From Basidiobolus meristosporus CBS 931.73 (Eukaryota > Fungi > Basidiobolomycota), in the NCBI GenBank assembly GCA_002104905.1, contig MCFE01000058.1, positions 1 through 64,000 on the forward strand: 64,000 nt of DNA. The letters are read 5' to 3'. Below, piece by piece: positions 36,252 to 48,521 of the stretch. Each line of letters opens with the position of its first letter. Position 1 is the first letter of the stretch. The notes under the pieces are model-generated. The model ran no database searches, was not told the DNA's origin, and worked only from the letters and a program-made list of their open reading frames with translations. A program made the translations under genes and the position numbers.

Positions 36252-37391
36252 CTACTGATAGTCGTAGCTTGGCTTGTGCTTGCCCAACGACCCCTTGGAT
36301 GTCGCCTCAGTGTGCTGGAGTAGTCTGTAGGGTATCAGATAGTTGAAGCAACGTAAGCAGAACACAAACAGATTCAAAGGCAGCCATATCACCCTAGAGA
36401 TAAGATCCACCAACCATATCAGGGCATTCTTTCTCTTCAGGTCTTGCACATGAGCCGTATTCAGCTCGATCTTGTTCAAACGCAACTCCAACTCATCCAG
36501 TTTGGAGATTTGCTGCTTCTTGACATTCTGGTCATGTAGCTCAAACTTTTTGAACCATCTGGTGAGTTCTACCAAGGCCGGCTGCATATCCTGTTTGTAC
36601 TCGCCAACCTCAGACCTTGTGGCCAAGGCTGAGCGTAGCAGGTGAAGCTCCTCTTCCATCTTCTCCAACCGAGTACGTAATTCCTCCACCTCACTGTTTG
36701 GGTAATGAATCTCCTCCTGTAGACGTAAAGCTCGGTTTTTTACTAGACCAATCATGTGGGAAACCGGTTTGATTCCCGCTGCGAATATGAATATCATGAT
36801 GTTCAGCTGGGAGAAGTATTTATCGTAATCCGAGAGAAATTGCCGTGACAGTTGTAGAAGATAGCCCCCTAAAACAGGGGAGGCCAGTACTACTAACAAC
36901 GAAAGTTGTTCTTGTCGATACAACTTGCTGATCGCTTCCGAGCGTATGGCTTCCTGTACAGCATTCCCCGGCTGACCAATTTGGGCGTCTCGGTGAACTC
37001 GACGTTTTCGTGCAGCAAAGTATAGCTCCCAGGGGACTATGGAGGAAATTCATTTAGTATACTTTGGCCAAGCAAGGAGAGGCTAATGCTCACCTTTGAT
37101 AACAAGGTACAGATAGAAGCCAACCAATGCAAGTAGCATCAGGTCGCTCCACGCTCTAGCGTCTCCATGAAATACAGACACCACTGGGGGCAGTATTGCA
37201 AAAAAGATAGGCCAGCTATGTGTTGAAGTGGAGAAATCCCCTTCTTTCGACTTCGGGGTGTCTGGAGTATTTACACTGCGCTCAGGCTTCTCTTTCGGAG
37301 CAGAGCTAGCCACATTGGCGGGGACCGGGGATGGTGAGAATCTTTTTGAGGAACGATACTCGGTAAATGCTAGGGGCTGGCTTGATGGCAT
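36252..37391 (-). CDS. Uncharacterised fungal membrane protein with C-terminal coiled coil; join of 37391..37094 and 37036..36252
   Basis: Clean 57-nt intron (37037-37093). HSWP..FAILP, WSD..LL.L..FYLY..IK|VPWELY, SP..GGYLL, N..IFIFAA.IKP pattern. Confidence 0.8.
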
Positions 37392-37984
37392 TATTTAAAG
37401 AGGAAATGAAAAGATTTCCATCACTGGAGCGGGGAGTGATTTTTATAGAGAACACAAAGACAGGGTCCTCGAGAGAGAATGACAGTCATGCAATGTAAGA
37501 AATGGAAATACCGGTGTTGCCTTCTCCCTCAATGTCTGTGTAGCACTGATGAGCACCACCCAAGACGGTCCAATCATCCAGTGATCCTCACTTGACCGGA
37601 TCCCAGCCAATAATTGAGCTAACGCCGCTGATTTGGCCAATTATGATGAAATTTCGTTTCTGCAGCCAATCCCTTGCGCTGACAGTTGAGCGAATCAATT
37701 TTTCCTGGGAACAAGCGCTGCAGGCTCCTATAAATCCCATAAATCCCTGCTTTACTAGTAATTTTCATTGAGGTGTTGGGTGAATGAGCATTTGTGGGAA
37801 GATCGAATGTTTTTCATGAACGTTACATGTGTTCCCATGATCAATATTACATGTGTTCCCTTTCTCCCTGACTGGCCACCATCGAATCTTCTTCCCAATC
37901 CTTGATGCCTTGGTTTTCGGCATCACGTGACCGCACTTGTTGATACCTACCTCTGAGGTTGCCGGCCTTGACTGCCCAACTATC

Positions 37985-38829
37985 ATGAGCAATACATCAA
38001 AAGTTAGAAGAATCGCTGTGCTGGGTTTCCGGGCTGTAGGTAAGGAAGTCAATTCAGATCTTGGTGGAGCATACCTTCATCCCAGTTGAGATCTCGCCCC
38101 AAGCCTTCTCTCTAAAGCCTTGATATTCTGCGTTTCTCGCGACCGCCATAGGTAAATCCTCGCTGACGATTCAATTCGTTGAGAATCACTTTGTGGATTC
38201 CTATTACCCGACTATCGAGAACACTTTTAGTAAGGTGCTGAAGTACAAGGGGCAAGAATTCACTATCGAAGTTATTGATACTGCTGGCCAAGTACGTTCT
38301 TCTGCGACTCTGTTATCTTCGTGAGCGCTGCTAATCTCAACCGTCTCAGGATGAATATTCTATTCTCAACTCCAAACATGCAATTGGTATTCACGGATAC
38401 ATCTTGGTGTACTCGATCACTTCGAGATCCAGCTTCGAGATGATCAAGATCATCCGAGATAAGATCCTCAACTATACTGGCACCGAATGGGTGCCCATTG
38501 TGGTGGTTGGTAACAAGAGCGATTTACATATGCAGAGGTATTTTCGAGTGCGGGAAGTTTCCCAAGGGCCACCTGTTTACACACATTGCTCATAGACAAA
38601 TATCGACTGACGAGGGGAAGGAACTTGCGGCACAATGGCAATGCCAATGCATCGAGGCTTCTGCCAAGCACAACGAGAATATCGGTTCGTTATCTCCATT
38701 GCAATTTCTTCTGGAACCCACCATTAATGATGCGCATGCTTAGGCCGTATATTCGATCTGATGATCGCCGAGGTGGAGAAATCCAACAACCCCAATCCTG
38801 AAGATAAGAAGGACTGTATTATTTTGTGA
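37985..38829 (+). CDS. RHB1: Rheb small GTPase, multi-exon
   Basis: IAVLGFRAV|GKSSL (Rheb-specific G1 Arg), FVDSYYPTIENTF, DTAGQ|DEYSI, GNKSDLH, EASAK, CaaX CIIL. Confidence 0.95.
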
Positions 38830-38888
38830 TCCATTTTTCCTATACAAGAGCATGCATCAACGTGTAAAGCGCAAGAACAGCGGGAAGT

Positions 38889-40200
38889 TTATTTGTTCTC
38901 AATAAACACTTGATTTACAATCTTTTCGGCGATGCCTTTGTAGCACTTGGCATGGATGCTGTCTGGGCGGGCAACAGTAATGGGCTTGCCTTGGTCAGAG
39001 AGTTCACAGATCTCCGCATGGAGTGGGATATCGCCTAGAATCGGCATTCCCATTTCTTCCGCAGTCTTTATAGCCCCATTCTGGCCAAAGATATGGCTTT
39101 CGTGGTTGCAGTTGGGGCATATGAACATGCTCATGTTTTGAACCATCCCCAAGATCTAGTAGGGTTGTTAGCGAACATGGCTTATGGTAAATACCCAGTG
39201 CAAACTCACCGGAATATTGACTTTTCTGAACATGTTCACTCCTTTTCTTGCATCAATCAAAGCAATATCCTGTGGGGTGGAGATGATCACCGCGCCTAAT
39301 GAAATCGTGGTTATTACCACGCTGAACGGGGAGTAGATCAAAGGTAGTTTTACCGGATAGCGGCAGGAATTGGGAGATTGTAAGTTGTGTGTCCCCGGTG
39401 CCTGGAGGCATATCGATCACCAAAAGGTCCAGTTGGCCCCAGTCAACCTCATACATCAGTTGCTGAAGTGCCTTCATGACCTGGAATTTCGAATAAGTAA
39501 CCCATGGAAACATTCGAGCTATGTGGGAATAATCACCATTAAACCCCTCCAGACTACTGGGTTATCCTCCTTGACTAGGTATCCCATAGACATTGTTTTG
39601 ACCCCGTAGTTTGTTAACGGCAGTAACCGACCTGTTCCACTTTGCTTAGTCTCTCGCTATCCGCCATGCACACTTCTGTGGTTTACCTTGTGCGGTAAGC
39701 TCCGGTTCGCCCTTCAAATTCATAAGCTTTGGTATCGAGGGGCCAAATATATCGGCATCCAAGATGCCGACTTTCTTCTGAAAAGTTGAAGCTGCCAGCG
39801 CAATGTTTACTGCACAAGTTTACTTTAGTACATACAAATATATTTAGCCGAGAGCCTTTGTTCTTCCATAAACAGCAACTGACCTGCAGTTGTGGATTTG
39901 CCCACTCCACCTTTACCTGATGCCACAGCAATCACATGCTTGACACCAGGAATGGGTCTTTTTTGTGGCAAACCTTTCTGAGCTCTAGGAATGGTAGGAG
40001 GTATACGTTGTCCAGTACGCGGAAGGCCCTATGGAGATATGAAGCTCAAGTAAGGAATAGCAATTGAGCTGGGGAAGTAATCCTTTGCTTACCAAAGGGT
40101 TTTCGTGAAATAAACTGGCATTACAGGTGAAACCACGAAAGTTGAAAGTGCGAAGCAGTGGGCTTCTTATATTTCTCCCAGGCAATCCAGCCAGTATCAT
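38889..40200 (-). CDS. NUBPL: Mrp/NBP35-family P-loop ATPase, mitochondrial Ind1/NUBPL type, multi-exon
   Basis: Arg-rich presequence, [64 protein letters not shown]. Confidence 0.92.
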
Positions 40201-40455
40201 ATTGTTGTATATCTCCAGAGAGAGACCACGCTGGGGTTGAGCTAATGCTTCGAACTTTTCGCTGTCACCAAGCCGCACGATTTTCGAATTTTTTCAGAAA
40301 ATAGTAATCGGTCCATCCTATACCCAAATGAGGTATTCTGAAATCAATCGACGTGGTCCTCATTCCGTCCCTAAGAGTTGACAAAAAAGAAAAAAAGACA
40401 GTATTAGATTAGACTTGGAACGATTCGGAGCCATTGTCAACCACCAACCACACGA

Positions 40456-41005
40456 ATGGCCGAAGAAAAGAATTCGCCAGGGAAGAAAGAGGAAAAAGAA
40501 GAAGCCCCGGATCTCGAAACGCTGAAGGCGCGTCTCGATGTATCTGTTAACATGGCTCGCTCTTTGGTTACTTCCTGGCTTCCACCAGAGGATGAGCCTG
40601 AAGAAGATAACAGGGAAACAAACAGTGCCGATACTTTGAAAGGACGTGCACCTAGGTAATTAGAATTTACTTTGGGCACGAGATTTACTCCAAGCTTCCG
40701 ACTAATTTATTTGAACAAGACTTGGGTTGGGCGCGAAATTCCTTTCCCATGCACAAGGTACTGGAAACGCGGTGGGGAAATCTATGATCGAAAGTAAGAT
40801 GAAGCGTAAGCTAACAGCAGTAAAGACCCGGGACGAAGACGAGCCATACAGCAAGAAAGTGGAACAAGAGGATTCCGAGGACGAGGATAGTAGAACCGCT
40901 ACTAGTAAATCCAGCAAAAAACCAAAGAAAGCTATTTCTGGTGGGGATTTCTTGTCCCAGTATCTTAATGAACGGCAAACAAAGAAGAAAAAGAAGGGAA
41001 AATGA
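40456..41005 (+). CDS. Small charged, probably nuclear protein (DUF3245-like, tentative); intron 40656-40719
   Basis: MARSLVTSWL, RAP|RLGLGAK, acidic SEDEDSR, FL..YL and poly-Lys tail. Confidence 0.7.
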
Positions 41006-41236
41006 ATAGGAATAGTGTACGTGTTCACCGGCTACAGAGCATTAATGTAGATTCGACACCACACACATGTTGGTGGCCAGCTTATAGAGGGGCTGATAGC
41101 GCATTCAAATTCGAAATGTACCAATTCGCAGACTAGACACCACATGATACTGGAAATAATAAATAGAGAATTGTGCCATCTATTCCGCTGGACAATCTGG
41201 ACATCGCATCACTGTTCCTTCGATCTTCTCTGTCGT

Positions 41237-41438
41237 ATGATGAGACAGGCAATAGCGACGTGTTTTAGTGGGATGCATACATTGATAACCTCTGATCAAA
41301 TCGGCCCACAGTATTGTTCAATGTATATAGAAGTATGATGAGCTCATTCACGATGTCATTTGTTTTCCCAAATTCTGTGCAACAATCATTGAAACATGCG
41401 TTTGGAGGTGAAACACTGTGATTAATCGTTCCTTCTGA
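41237..41438 (+). ncRNA. Candidate pair of box C/D snoRNAs (41237-41295 and 41335-41438)
   Basis: Two ATGATGA...CTGA units separated by an acceptor-like CACAG, an 11-nt spacer and a donor-like GTATAT, with GCTAAC after the second unit. No rRNA guide match recognised. Confidence 0.3.
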
Positions 41439-41881
41439 AACGAAACCACTGCTAACACGAGCGAGCCTAAGTTAATGCGGATTCTAAGAAGCCGTCCAGG
41501 GTCACAAGATTCAACCCTCTTTCCCTTTAATTTGATGAAGTTTCTAGTAGATGTGGTGATCAGTCTGTAGTACACCACTGCCTTTTTTCTTTTTTTTCCT
41601 TTACTGATACAACTTGTAAGTGTGAACTCGTTGTTTCTTCAGTAGAACAAAGTAACTCAGCACTCAGTGACCACTAGGCTTCTGTCAAGTAAAAAACATA
41701 GCTTTGACATCTAAACGTACTTCAGTCAGGGTACAGAATATACTTTCTATTTTAATGCTTGGCAAACGTGGTTTTCTAATGGCGATATCTCATCTAATAG
41801 GAAACATTGTCTTTTTAAAAGCCAAATATTTCTCACTTAGATATAACTCACTCGAAACCTAGTAAGCATCTGCCAAGAAAC

Positions 41882-44800
41882 ATGTCTGACTTAGAAGATT
41901 ATGATTGCCCCCTTTGTATGGAGGAACTAGACTTCTCCGAACGGAATTTCAAGCCCTGTCCTTGTGGTTATCAAGTAAGGGATGGTGTAGTCAAGAGATG
42001 GGAAGTATGAGTCTAATCTGTGTGCTTTCTATGCTATGCGATAGATCTGTCGTTTCTGCTGGCATCATATCAAGGAAGAGTTGAACGGGAAATGCCCAGC
42101 ATGTCGTAGACCATATTCAGATGACAACGTTCAATTCACCCCCATTAGCTCTACTGAGTAAGTTTTCATCCCACAATAGCGTACCCTCTTGTCGTCGAGT
42201 AGCGTATTTTTAATTTCCCTCCCATTCACATCAGACTCTCTCGAATCAAGACCGAGAAGAAAGCTAAAGAGCGTGAAAAGAAGGAGATTGAGTCGATGAG
42301 TCGAAAGCATTTAGCCAATGTTAGAGTTGTACAAAAGAATTTAATTTATGTTATCGGATTAACTGCCAAAGTAACAGAAGAGGTAAATACTTTTGCACTG
42401 GATACCAACTTTCAGCCGTGTTGAGTCCTTATCTTGTTTAGTTACTACGCTCTTCTGATTATTTTGGGCAGTATGGAAAGATTACCAAAGTAGTGATCAA
42501 TCGTCGTCATGCCCAAAATTCCACAAGTACACATCCTGGGCAGACTCCGACTGTAGGGGTATATATCACCTACGCCAGACGGGAGGACTCTGCCAAGGCT
42601 ATCAATGCAGTGGATGGGAGTATGTCTGATGGAAGAGTCCTCAGGTGGGCAACCTGAAACCATTTAGCGTTTGCGACATTTACTAAGCCTGGCTTCATAA
42701 CAGAGCAACATATGGCACTACTAAATATTGTACTTACTACCTGCGAAATATGCCCTGCCAAAATCCGAATTGTATGTATCTGCACGAGCCAGGCGAGGAA
42801 GCCGATACGTTTACAAGGGAAGATCTAGCTAGTGGGTGAGTATTCTTGTTCGCTATTCGATGAACAGCGCTAGTTGGAGCCAGATTCTTACTATACCCGA
42901 TCCATGTCTAGGCGACACAACCTCAAGGATCATCACGCACAAATTGACCATTCATCACCGAAACCACAAATCCTTGGAACACATACCCAGTTCTCAGAAT
43001 CCTCAACTTATGAGCCTTCCTGTTCGTCTCCACAAAGCCCCGAGACTCCAGTTGCTATTTATAGGTCCGAGAGTAAATCGAGCGATGGAGATACAGAAGG
43101 TATGGATGGCATTGAGATGACATGTTTCTTGAAATCTAATAACAAATGCCTATTCTTTTAGGCTCAGCACTCCCAGCAACCGCTTCTTGGGCCAAGCTAG
43201 TAACCAACAAATCTAAGCTTGCTACTGTGAAAACGCCGTTGCTGAGCCTAGATCAATTCCCACCACCTCCTGCCACCGCAAGACCCAAGGCTAAAGTTAT
43301 CTCGTTATCGAAGAAGAGTCAACCAGAGCAAAAATCTAGAGCCAGTTCCGTTGATGGGGACACTGATAACAAGAAATCCAAAGGACCGGAAATATCCGAG
43401 AAGCAACCTACACTCCCCGAATCCAAACCCACAAGTGGTGTTAATACACCAGCATTATCCAATTCACCTGAGAGTATTACTCAGGAGGCATCTAATCAGA
43501 CCAAGGTAGATGAAAACGAGACTACTCATCAGAAGGTTGAGCCAACCAAATCCCCAGAGGTGAAGGTTGAAGAAGTGAATGGACAGAAAGAAGACTCTGA
43601 ACCAACGCAACCATCTGAGCAAAGCGTAATTGACGAGGAGCGTCTTCATCAAGAAGTTATGGCAGAGCTCGAAAGGGAACGGTCAGCCTTCTATCAGCAG
43701 TCCCGAGCAAACGTCTCACTGCCACCTGGTTTAGCCTTTCCCTTCAGTCCGATGCCACTCTCTACGAATACCTATAAGGGCGGCTTTGATCCTTTTGGGA
43801 GTGATCCCAATAGTGAAAGTCGCGGTCAGGATTCATTACTATCTTCCATGCAAAGTATGCACCTCCAGAACTCGCTTGGTGCGCAATCAGGGGCAGGCTT
43901 CAACCGGCCATTCAATTCGTTTACCATAGATGATTTCTCACAGAAACAAAATCTCGAAAGTAAACCTGTACAGAATGCGAGACCAAAGCTATACTCAAGG
44001 TTTGGATTCGCACTTAACGAAGATGATGATTTCGGGCCGGCTCAGTCGATGAACTCTCAGCCAAGCGGCCTCTTCGATCCATTTGGTCGTAATGCAATTG
44101 GTCATGGGCCCGAACAGAATAGTGCACGCGCTATTGCATCCTACTCAGAACCATGGCTTCGGTGGCCAATCCAAGGAAGAGTTACCTCAAAGAGCCCTGT
44201 TCCACAGGGATGATGGAAGAGGCCAAGAGTGGGGCGGACATCAGCATTTAACGCCATCCTTTTCTTTGCAAAACCCATTACCTTTTTCAGCACAATCGCC
44301 AGTTAGAAATATGCCGCCAGGAATGGCGCCACCCCCAGGGTACACTCCTGGCTACAACGGAAGAGCGCTGAATCCCATGGGTGGATACAACTTTGAGGAC
44401 CGACTAGATGCCAATTTCCCATCATATACTGGAAGAATACCAGAGAAGCGAGCTTTCTCCAAGCAGAGGCTTGCAGCAAAACCCCAACCCACCGTATCAG
44501 AATGGCACCCAGCAATACAACATGGACATGTTTGACCGCAATCTTCGCCAGCACCCCGACCATTTTGATTCGCGGTTCAACTCCGAACCATCGGACTTCT
44601 TCAGTAACTTCCTGAGAGCGGCTGCGGAGAAGCGTAATGCTGCTGCGGGCATGGCTGATAACGACCAATACAGAGGTAGGCCAGTCTAGACATGATTCAG
44701 GTAATTCGCAATGCTGACCATTACAAGACCCTCGAGTCCATTTTGAAGATCCAGCCATCATGTCTGCACGAGTTTCCTCGCCCCCCAACACGATGGATTT

Positions 44801-45065
44801 ATCGGAGAAGGGGGATCCCAGGGCATGGATGAACATGAGGCTTCAAGGCGGCAATCCCCTCCATCGTTTACGAGGTTACGATGCTGACTTCAATCTGAAC
44901 AACGGGGAGCTGGGTCAGTTTCAAGTTTCTTGAACCACATTTGCTACAATGCCTGAACCTCCCTGCTCATCTTTCCATTCTTATGATCTTTGCTCACCAG
45001 GCCCCCAATTCTCACAGAACATGCACCATGCCTCTAGCCACTTCCGAACCACCCAGCATCATTAA
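41882..45065 (+). CDS. NOT4: CCR4-NOT E3 ligase Not4/Mot2 (RING-RRM-C3H1 plus long disordered tail), multi-exon, with apparent frameshifts in the tail
   Basis: CPLCMEE.D..ERNFKPCPCGYQ|ICRFCW, NVRVVQKNL.YVIGL, YFGQYGKI.K.VIN, GTTKYC..YLRN.PC.NPNCMYLHEPG, late F.DPAIMSAR motif. Confidence 0.9.
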
Positions 45066-45385
45066 ATACCAACCGTTGGTATGTTGGTATTCATAAATAA
45101 TAATAATCATGATCATAGTCACGTAATTTTGTCATTTGCATGTTTTTGCTGGTTCCGAGCGAATAAACTCTTGCTGAGCTCCATTTGTCGTAATAACCAT
45201 GTAGCTATTTTGAATTGGACAAGCCACCAGCAGTCCCTAATATATCAACCACTAGTTTATTCCTGCAGATACCATCAGGCATCGGTATCTATATCTCAGT
45301 TGATCATGGGAAGGAACAAGCGGGGGTGTGATGCGAATGTCGTGATTTTCTAAAGATGTTAAGATGATGCTGAAGATGTGAAACG

Positions 45386-45913
45386 TTAAACAGCGGCCGC
45401 ATTATTTCCAGCAAAGAGTCGGTTCAAGACCGTTTCGAACCCTTGGCGTCCAATGTGGGCGTTATCCCGGAACCGCTTGACGCAGAAGTCCTCCACGTAG
45501 CTTGAGAACCGAGTCAGCGCGGTGAATTGAGCCTCTTGCGTGAGCAGGGTTTTGGTGGGATCGACAGGATCCGGGCGATACACTACCTTCTCCTCCATGG
45601 CGAGCAGCTCGCTTCCGCTTAGGTTGCGTGAGGACACGGCGAACGTTTTGGCTTTGGGATCTACCTCGATGATTTCCCGAGCGTAGGACACATCTTCAGC
45701 ACCGAAGATCTTTTTAATCAACGTGGGCACGTTCTGTCGGCAGGCAACAAGACGCTCAGTACGAATACACCCAGTGTGTGGATCAACCTGGTGACTCAGA
45801 ACGTCAACGCTGAGGACATGGGTGGCGTTCTCGTTGGGATATTTCTGCCACCATCCAGCAGAGACCTTCTCCCAGCTGTGAGTAAAACTGTGCGAAGTCT
45901 GGCAAAATTTCAT
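45386..45913 (-). CDS. UPS2: PRELI/MSF1 lipid-transfer protein (Ups2/slowmo type), 175 aa
   Basis: W.KYPNE.ATHVLSVDVL, TERL, SY.RE...VDP, EEKVVY.PDP, QEAQ.TA, ED..V.RF.DNA..GR.GFE.VL. Confidence 0.88.
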   Translation of the reverse strand: MKFCQTSHSFTHSWEKVSAGWWQKYPNENATHVLSVDVLSHQVDPHTGCIRTERLVACRQNVPTLIKKIFGAEDVSYAREIIEVDPKAKTFAVSSRNLSGSELLAMEEKVVYRPDPVDPTKTLLTQEAQFTALTRFSSYVEDFCVKRFRDNAHIGRQGFETVLNRLFAGNNAAAV

Positions 45914-46398
45914 TCTCTGTGTAGGAAATAAGAGATGCTGGGGCAAGGTGAACTCCACAGTCAGAATGGGAGTATTGAGATCAGTCGGTTTTATACAAGA
46001 AAAAACTCAGGACGTTTATTCCGTCTAATCCGATTAGTCTAACACATTTCCCATATCGGAGCATATACTCATCAGCGTGACCATCTAAACCGAGCCGAAG
46101 TTAAATCATTCTCGTGTCATGAAACTAATCACGATATTGTGAATCAATCAATATCAGGGTCGTGTTCGGACACCCCATTTCCAGTTAGGGGCTGATGGGG
46201 TTCATTGGGCTGATATAGACCTGGGATGCAATGATTGTACCTTTCTCGCACTTGACGTGATCTGCTTTAGGATTCAAAGTAAGTAGGCCGTCCGCTTCAC
46301 TGAGCATGATTGATGGATGTCCACTCATTCCTGATGGATAACATCCTGCCGCTCTGCATTGCACCTTTGGGTATGATTAATTGACCCTTACTTATTAG

Positions 46399-46953
46399 AT
46401 GGCTGCTGAACAAAAAATTGAGGAAATTACCGAAGACGTTAAGGTCGAAGAAGTCGACTCCGATGTTGAAGGAGAGGATGTCGAGGTCTCCGGATCCGAC
46501 AACGCCGTTCATAGCCGTACCGAGAAGAAGGCACGTAAGGCTATGGCCAAGCTCGGCTTGAAGCCCGTTGATGGTATCAACCGTGTTACTCTCTGCCGCC
46601 CTCGCAACATCTTGTTCGTCATTGCTCAACCTGAGGTTTACAAGAGCAGCAACGACACCTATGTCGTCTTCGGCGAATGCAAGATCGAGGACTTGAACGC
46701 CGCCGCTCGCCAAGTCGCTGCCCAACAACTTGCTGCTGAGCAAGCCGCTCAACAAGCCGCCAGCTCCGAGGCCGCTCCTGAGGCTGCCGCCATTGAGGAA
46801 GCTGATGATGAGGAAGTCGACGAAACCGGTGTCGAGGCCAAGGATATTGAGCTTGTCATCCAACAAGCCAACGTCTCTCGCAGCAAGGCCGTCAAGGCCC
46901 TTAAGGCCAACAACGGAGATATCGTCAACGCCATCATGGAACTCACCATGTAA
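46399..46953 (+). CDS. EGD2: Nascent polypeptide-associated complex alpha subunit, 184 aa
   Basis: [51 protein letters not shown] domain [33 protein letters not shown]. Confidence 0.95.
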   Translation: MAAEQKIEEITEDVKVEEVDSDVEGEDVEVSGSDNAVHSRTEKKARKAMAKLGLKPVDGINRVTLCRPRNILFVIAQPEVYKSSNDTYVVFGECKIEDLNAAARQVAAQQLAAEQAAQQAASSEAAPEAAAIEEADDEEVDETGVEAKDIELVIQQANVSRSKAVKALKANNGDIVNAIMELTM

Positions 46954-47054
46954 ATTGACCCATTCGCTTTTGATCAGATAATAAAATTCTGGATAAATCG
47001 ACCATCATGTGATATGAAGCGTTTATTTATTGAATGTATGCATTGTCTAGAAAT

Positions 47055-48014
47055 CTAAAATTTGAAAACCTGATCCTCCAGTTTGGAGACGGCTCTGGGC
47101 TTTTGGTAGCCTAGCTCCACGCAGTACTCGCTCATGGCCTTGACCATAGGTGGAGGTCCGCATAACAGGATCTTGCTGTCATTGCTGGGACCTGGGCACA
47201 GCTTCTTGATCATATCTTGGGTGACGAAGCCAACTCCACCAGTCCAGCCCTCCGGTGGGTTGTTCAAAACGTGGTGAATGTTGAAGTTCTCGTGGTGCTT
47301 AGCAAGCTCGTCAAGCTCTTCCCTAAGCAGGATATCTTCCTGGTTCACGTTAGCGTAGATCAGGTTGATCTGGGTCTTGTCGTTGGGGTTCTTCAGGATG
47401 GCTTTGATGACTTGGTACATAGGGGTGATGCCAGTTCCACCTGCGATCATGCCAAAGGACTTGACCAGCCCGGGGGTATAGGTGAAATTTCCTTTGGGCC
47501 CGCGAACCTCGATAGTATCCCCAATCTGCAAGTTGGCGAACACTCGTGAAAGATTCCCGTTGGGGTAGGTCTTGATCAGGAGGTCGAAGTAGCCAGTGTC
47601 ATCGTCAGAGCTGGTAGGGGTATAGCTTCTCAGGACCTCTTTTCCATCGACCGAAGCCATGACCGAGATGTGTTGGCCGATGGGTAGCCCGAGGATATCT
47701 TGTTGGTGAGGTAAACCGAAGCGGTAGCTGGAGGTACGTGTCAGTAGAGTCGGGTAAAACAAGTTGTTTGGGGAGGGGCGCACTCACATTGCGGTATTAT
47801 GAGAGATGATCAGCTTCTCAACAAGGGGGAATTTCTGGAACTTCACTTTGTCAAGCACAGCCTCTGTCGTGAAAAGGGTTGGTCAACAGATACTCTCGTA
47901 AGCTACGAACTGAACATACGTACTTTTGACTTTGTTGCTGAATATGTATGCGGTGGTACCTGCAGCAGCGAGCGCGGCCAAGATGAAGGGTAGGTAGCTG
48001 TGCATTTCAGGCAT
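47055..48014 (-). CDS. CBR1: NADH-cytochrome b5 reductase, 3 exons
   Basis: N-terminal anchor, SHNTA|[61 protein letters not shown]. Confidence 0.95.
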
Positions 48015-48521
48015 GTTGCGAAAGGATAGGATAGGTGTAGAAAGCCACTCTGGTCGTGTTTTATCGCAACCAGATCGACTAGCCAACTTTATTTATTGGA
48101 CCCCAGCATTCCCCAAATATAGAACTGATTAACAATCTTGAACCACTGAAGCCCAAGTAGGCCCTTATCTACTGTGCTTTACGGACCAATATCCCATATC
48201 CGGGATGGATTATACTTATTTCCTAGAGTCTAATTGTACTTGATTGGATTTCGATCTGATTCTGGATGTTGTGACTTGTAATCAATGTGGGGTGTGGGAA
48301 GTGGTTAAAGTGACCATGGAATAGACAACATGCCTAGATTTCCGTTTAATTCATGATCGGATGGATGTTGACTAGCGAGCTATGTTGATTTTAAAGTGGC
48401 TTAAAATGGCTTTAATGTAACAAAACCTAATTATTTCACATAACCATCCCATCCCAACACCCAAGCTCACTTCCTCTCCCTTCCTGACGTTTCTCCCAAG
48501 CATTCTTCCGACCATCCCGTC

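Noticed and set aside
41715-41725. U3 snoRNA 5' end (CGTACTTCAG)
   Set aside because: Box A (GATCATTTC) and the other U3 boxes do not follow.
46279-46398. snoRNA in a possible 5' UTR intron of EGD2 (ACTCATTC-CTGA pairing with 18S GAAUGAGU)
   Set aside because: Only 8-9 nt of complementarity, non-canonical C box and no terminal D box.
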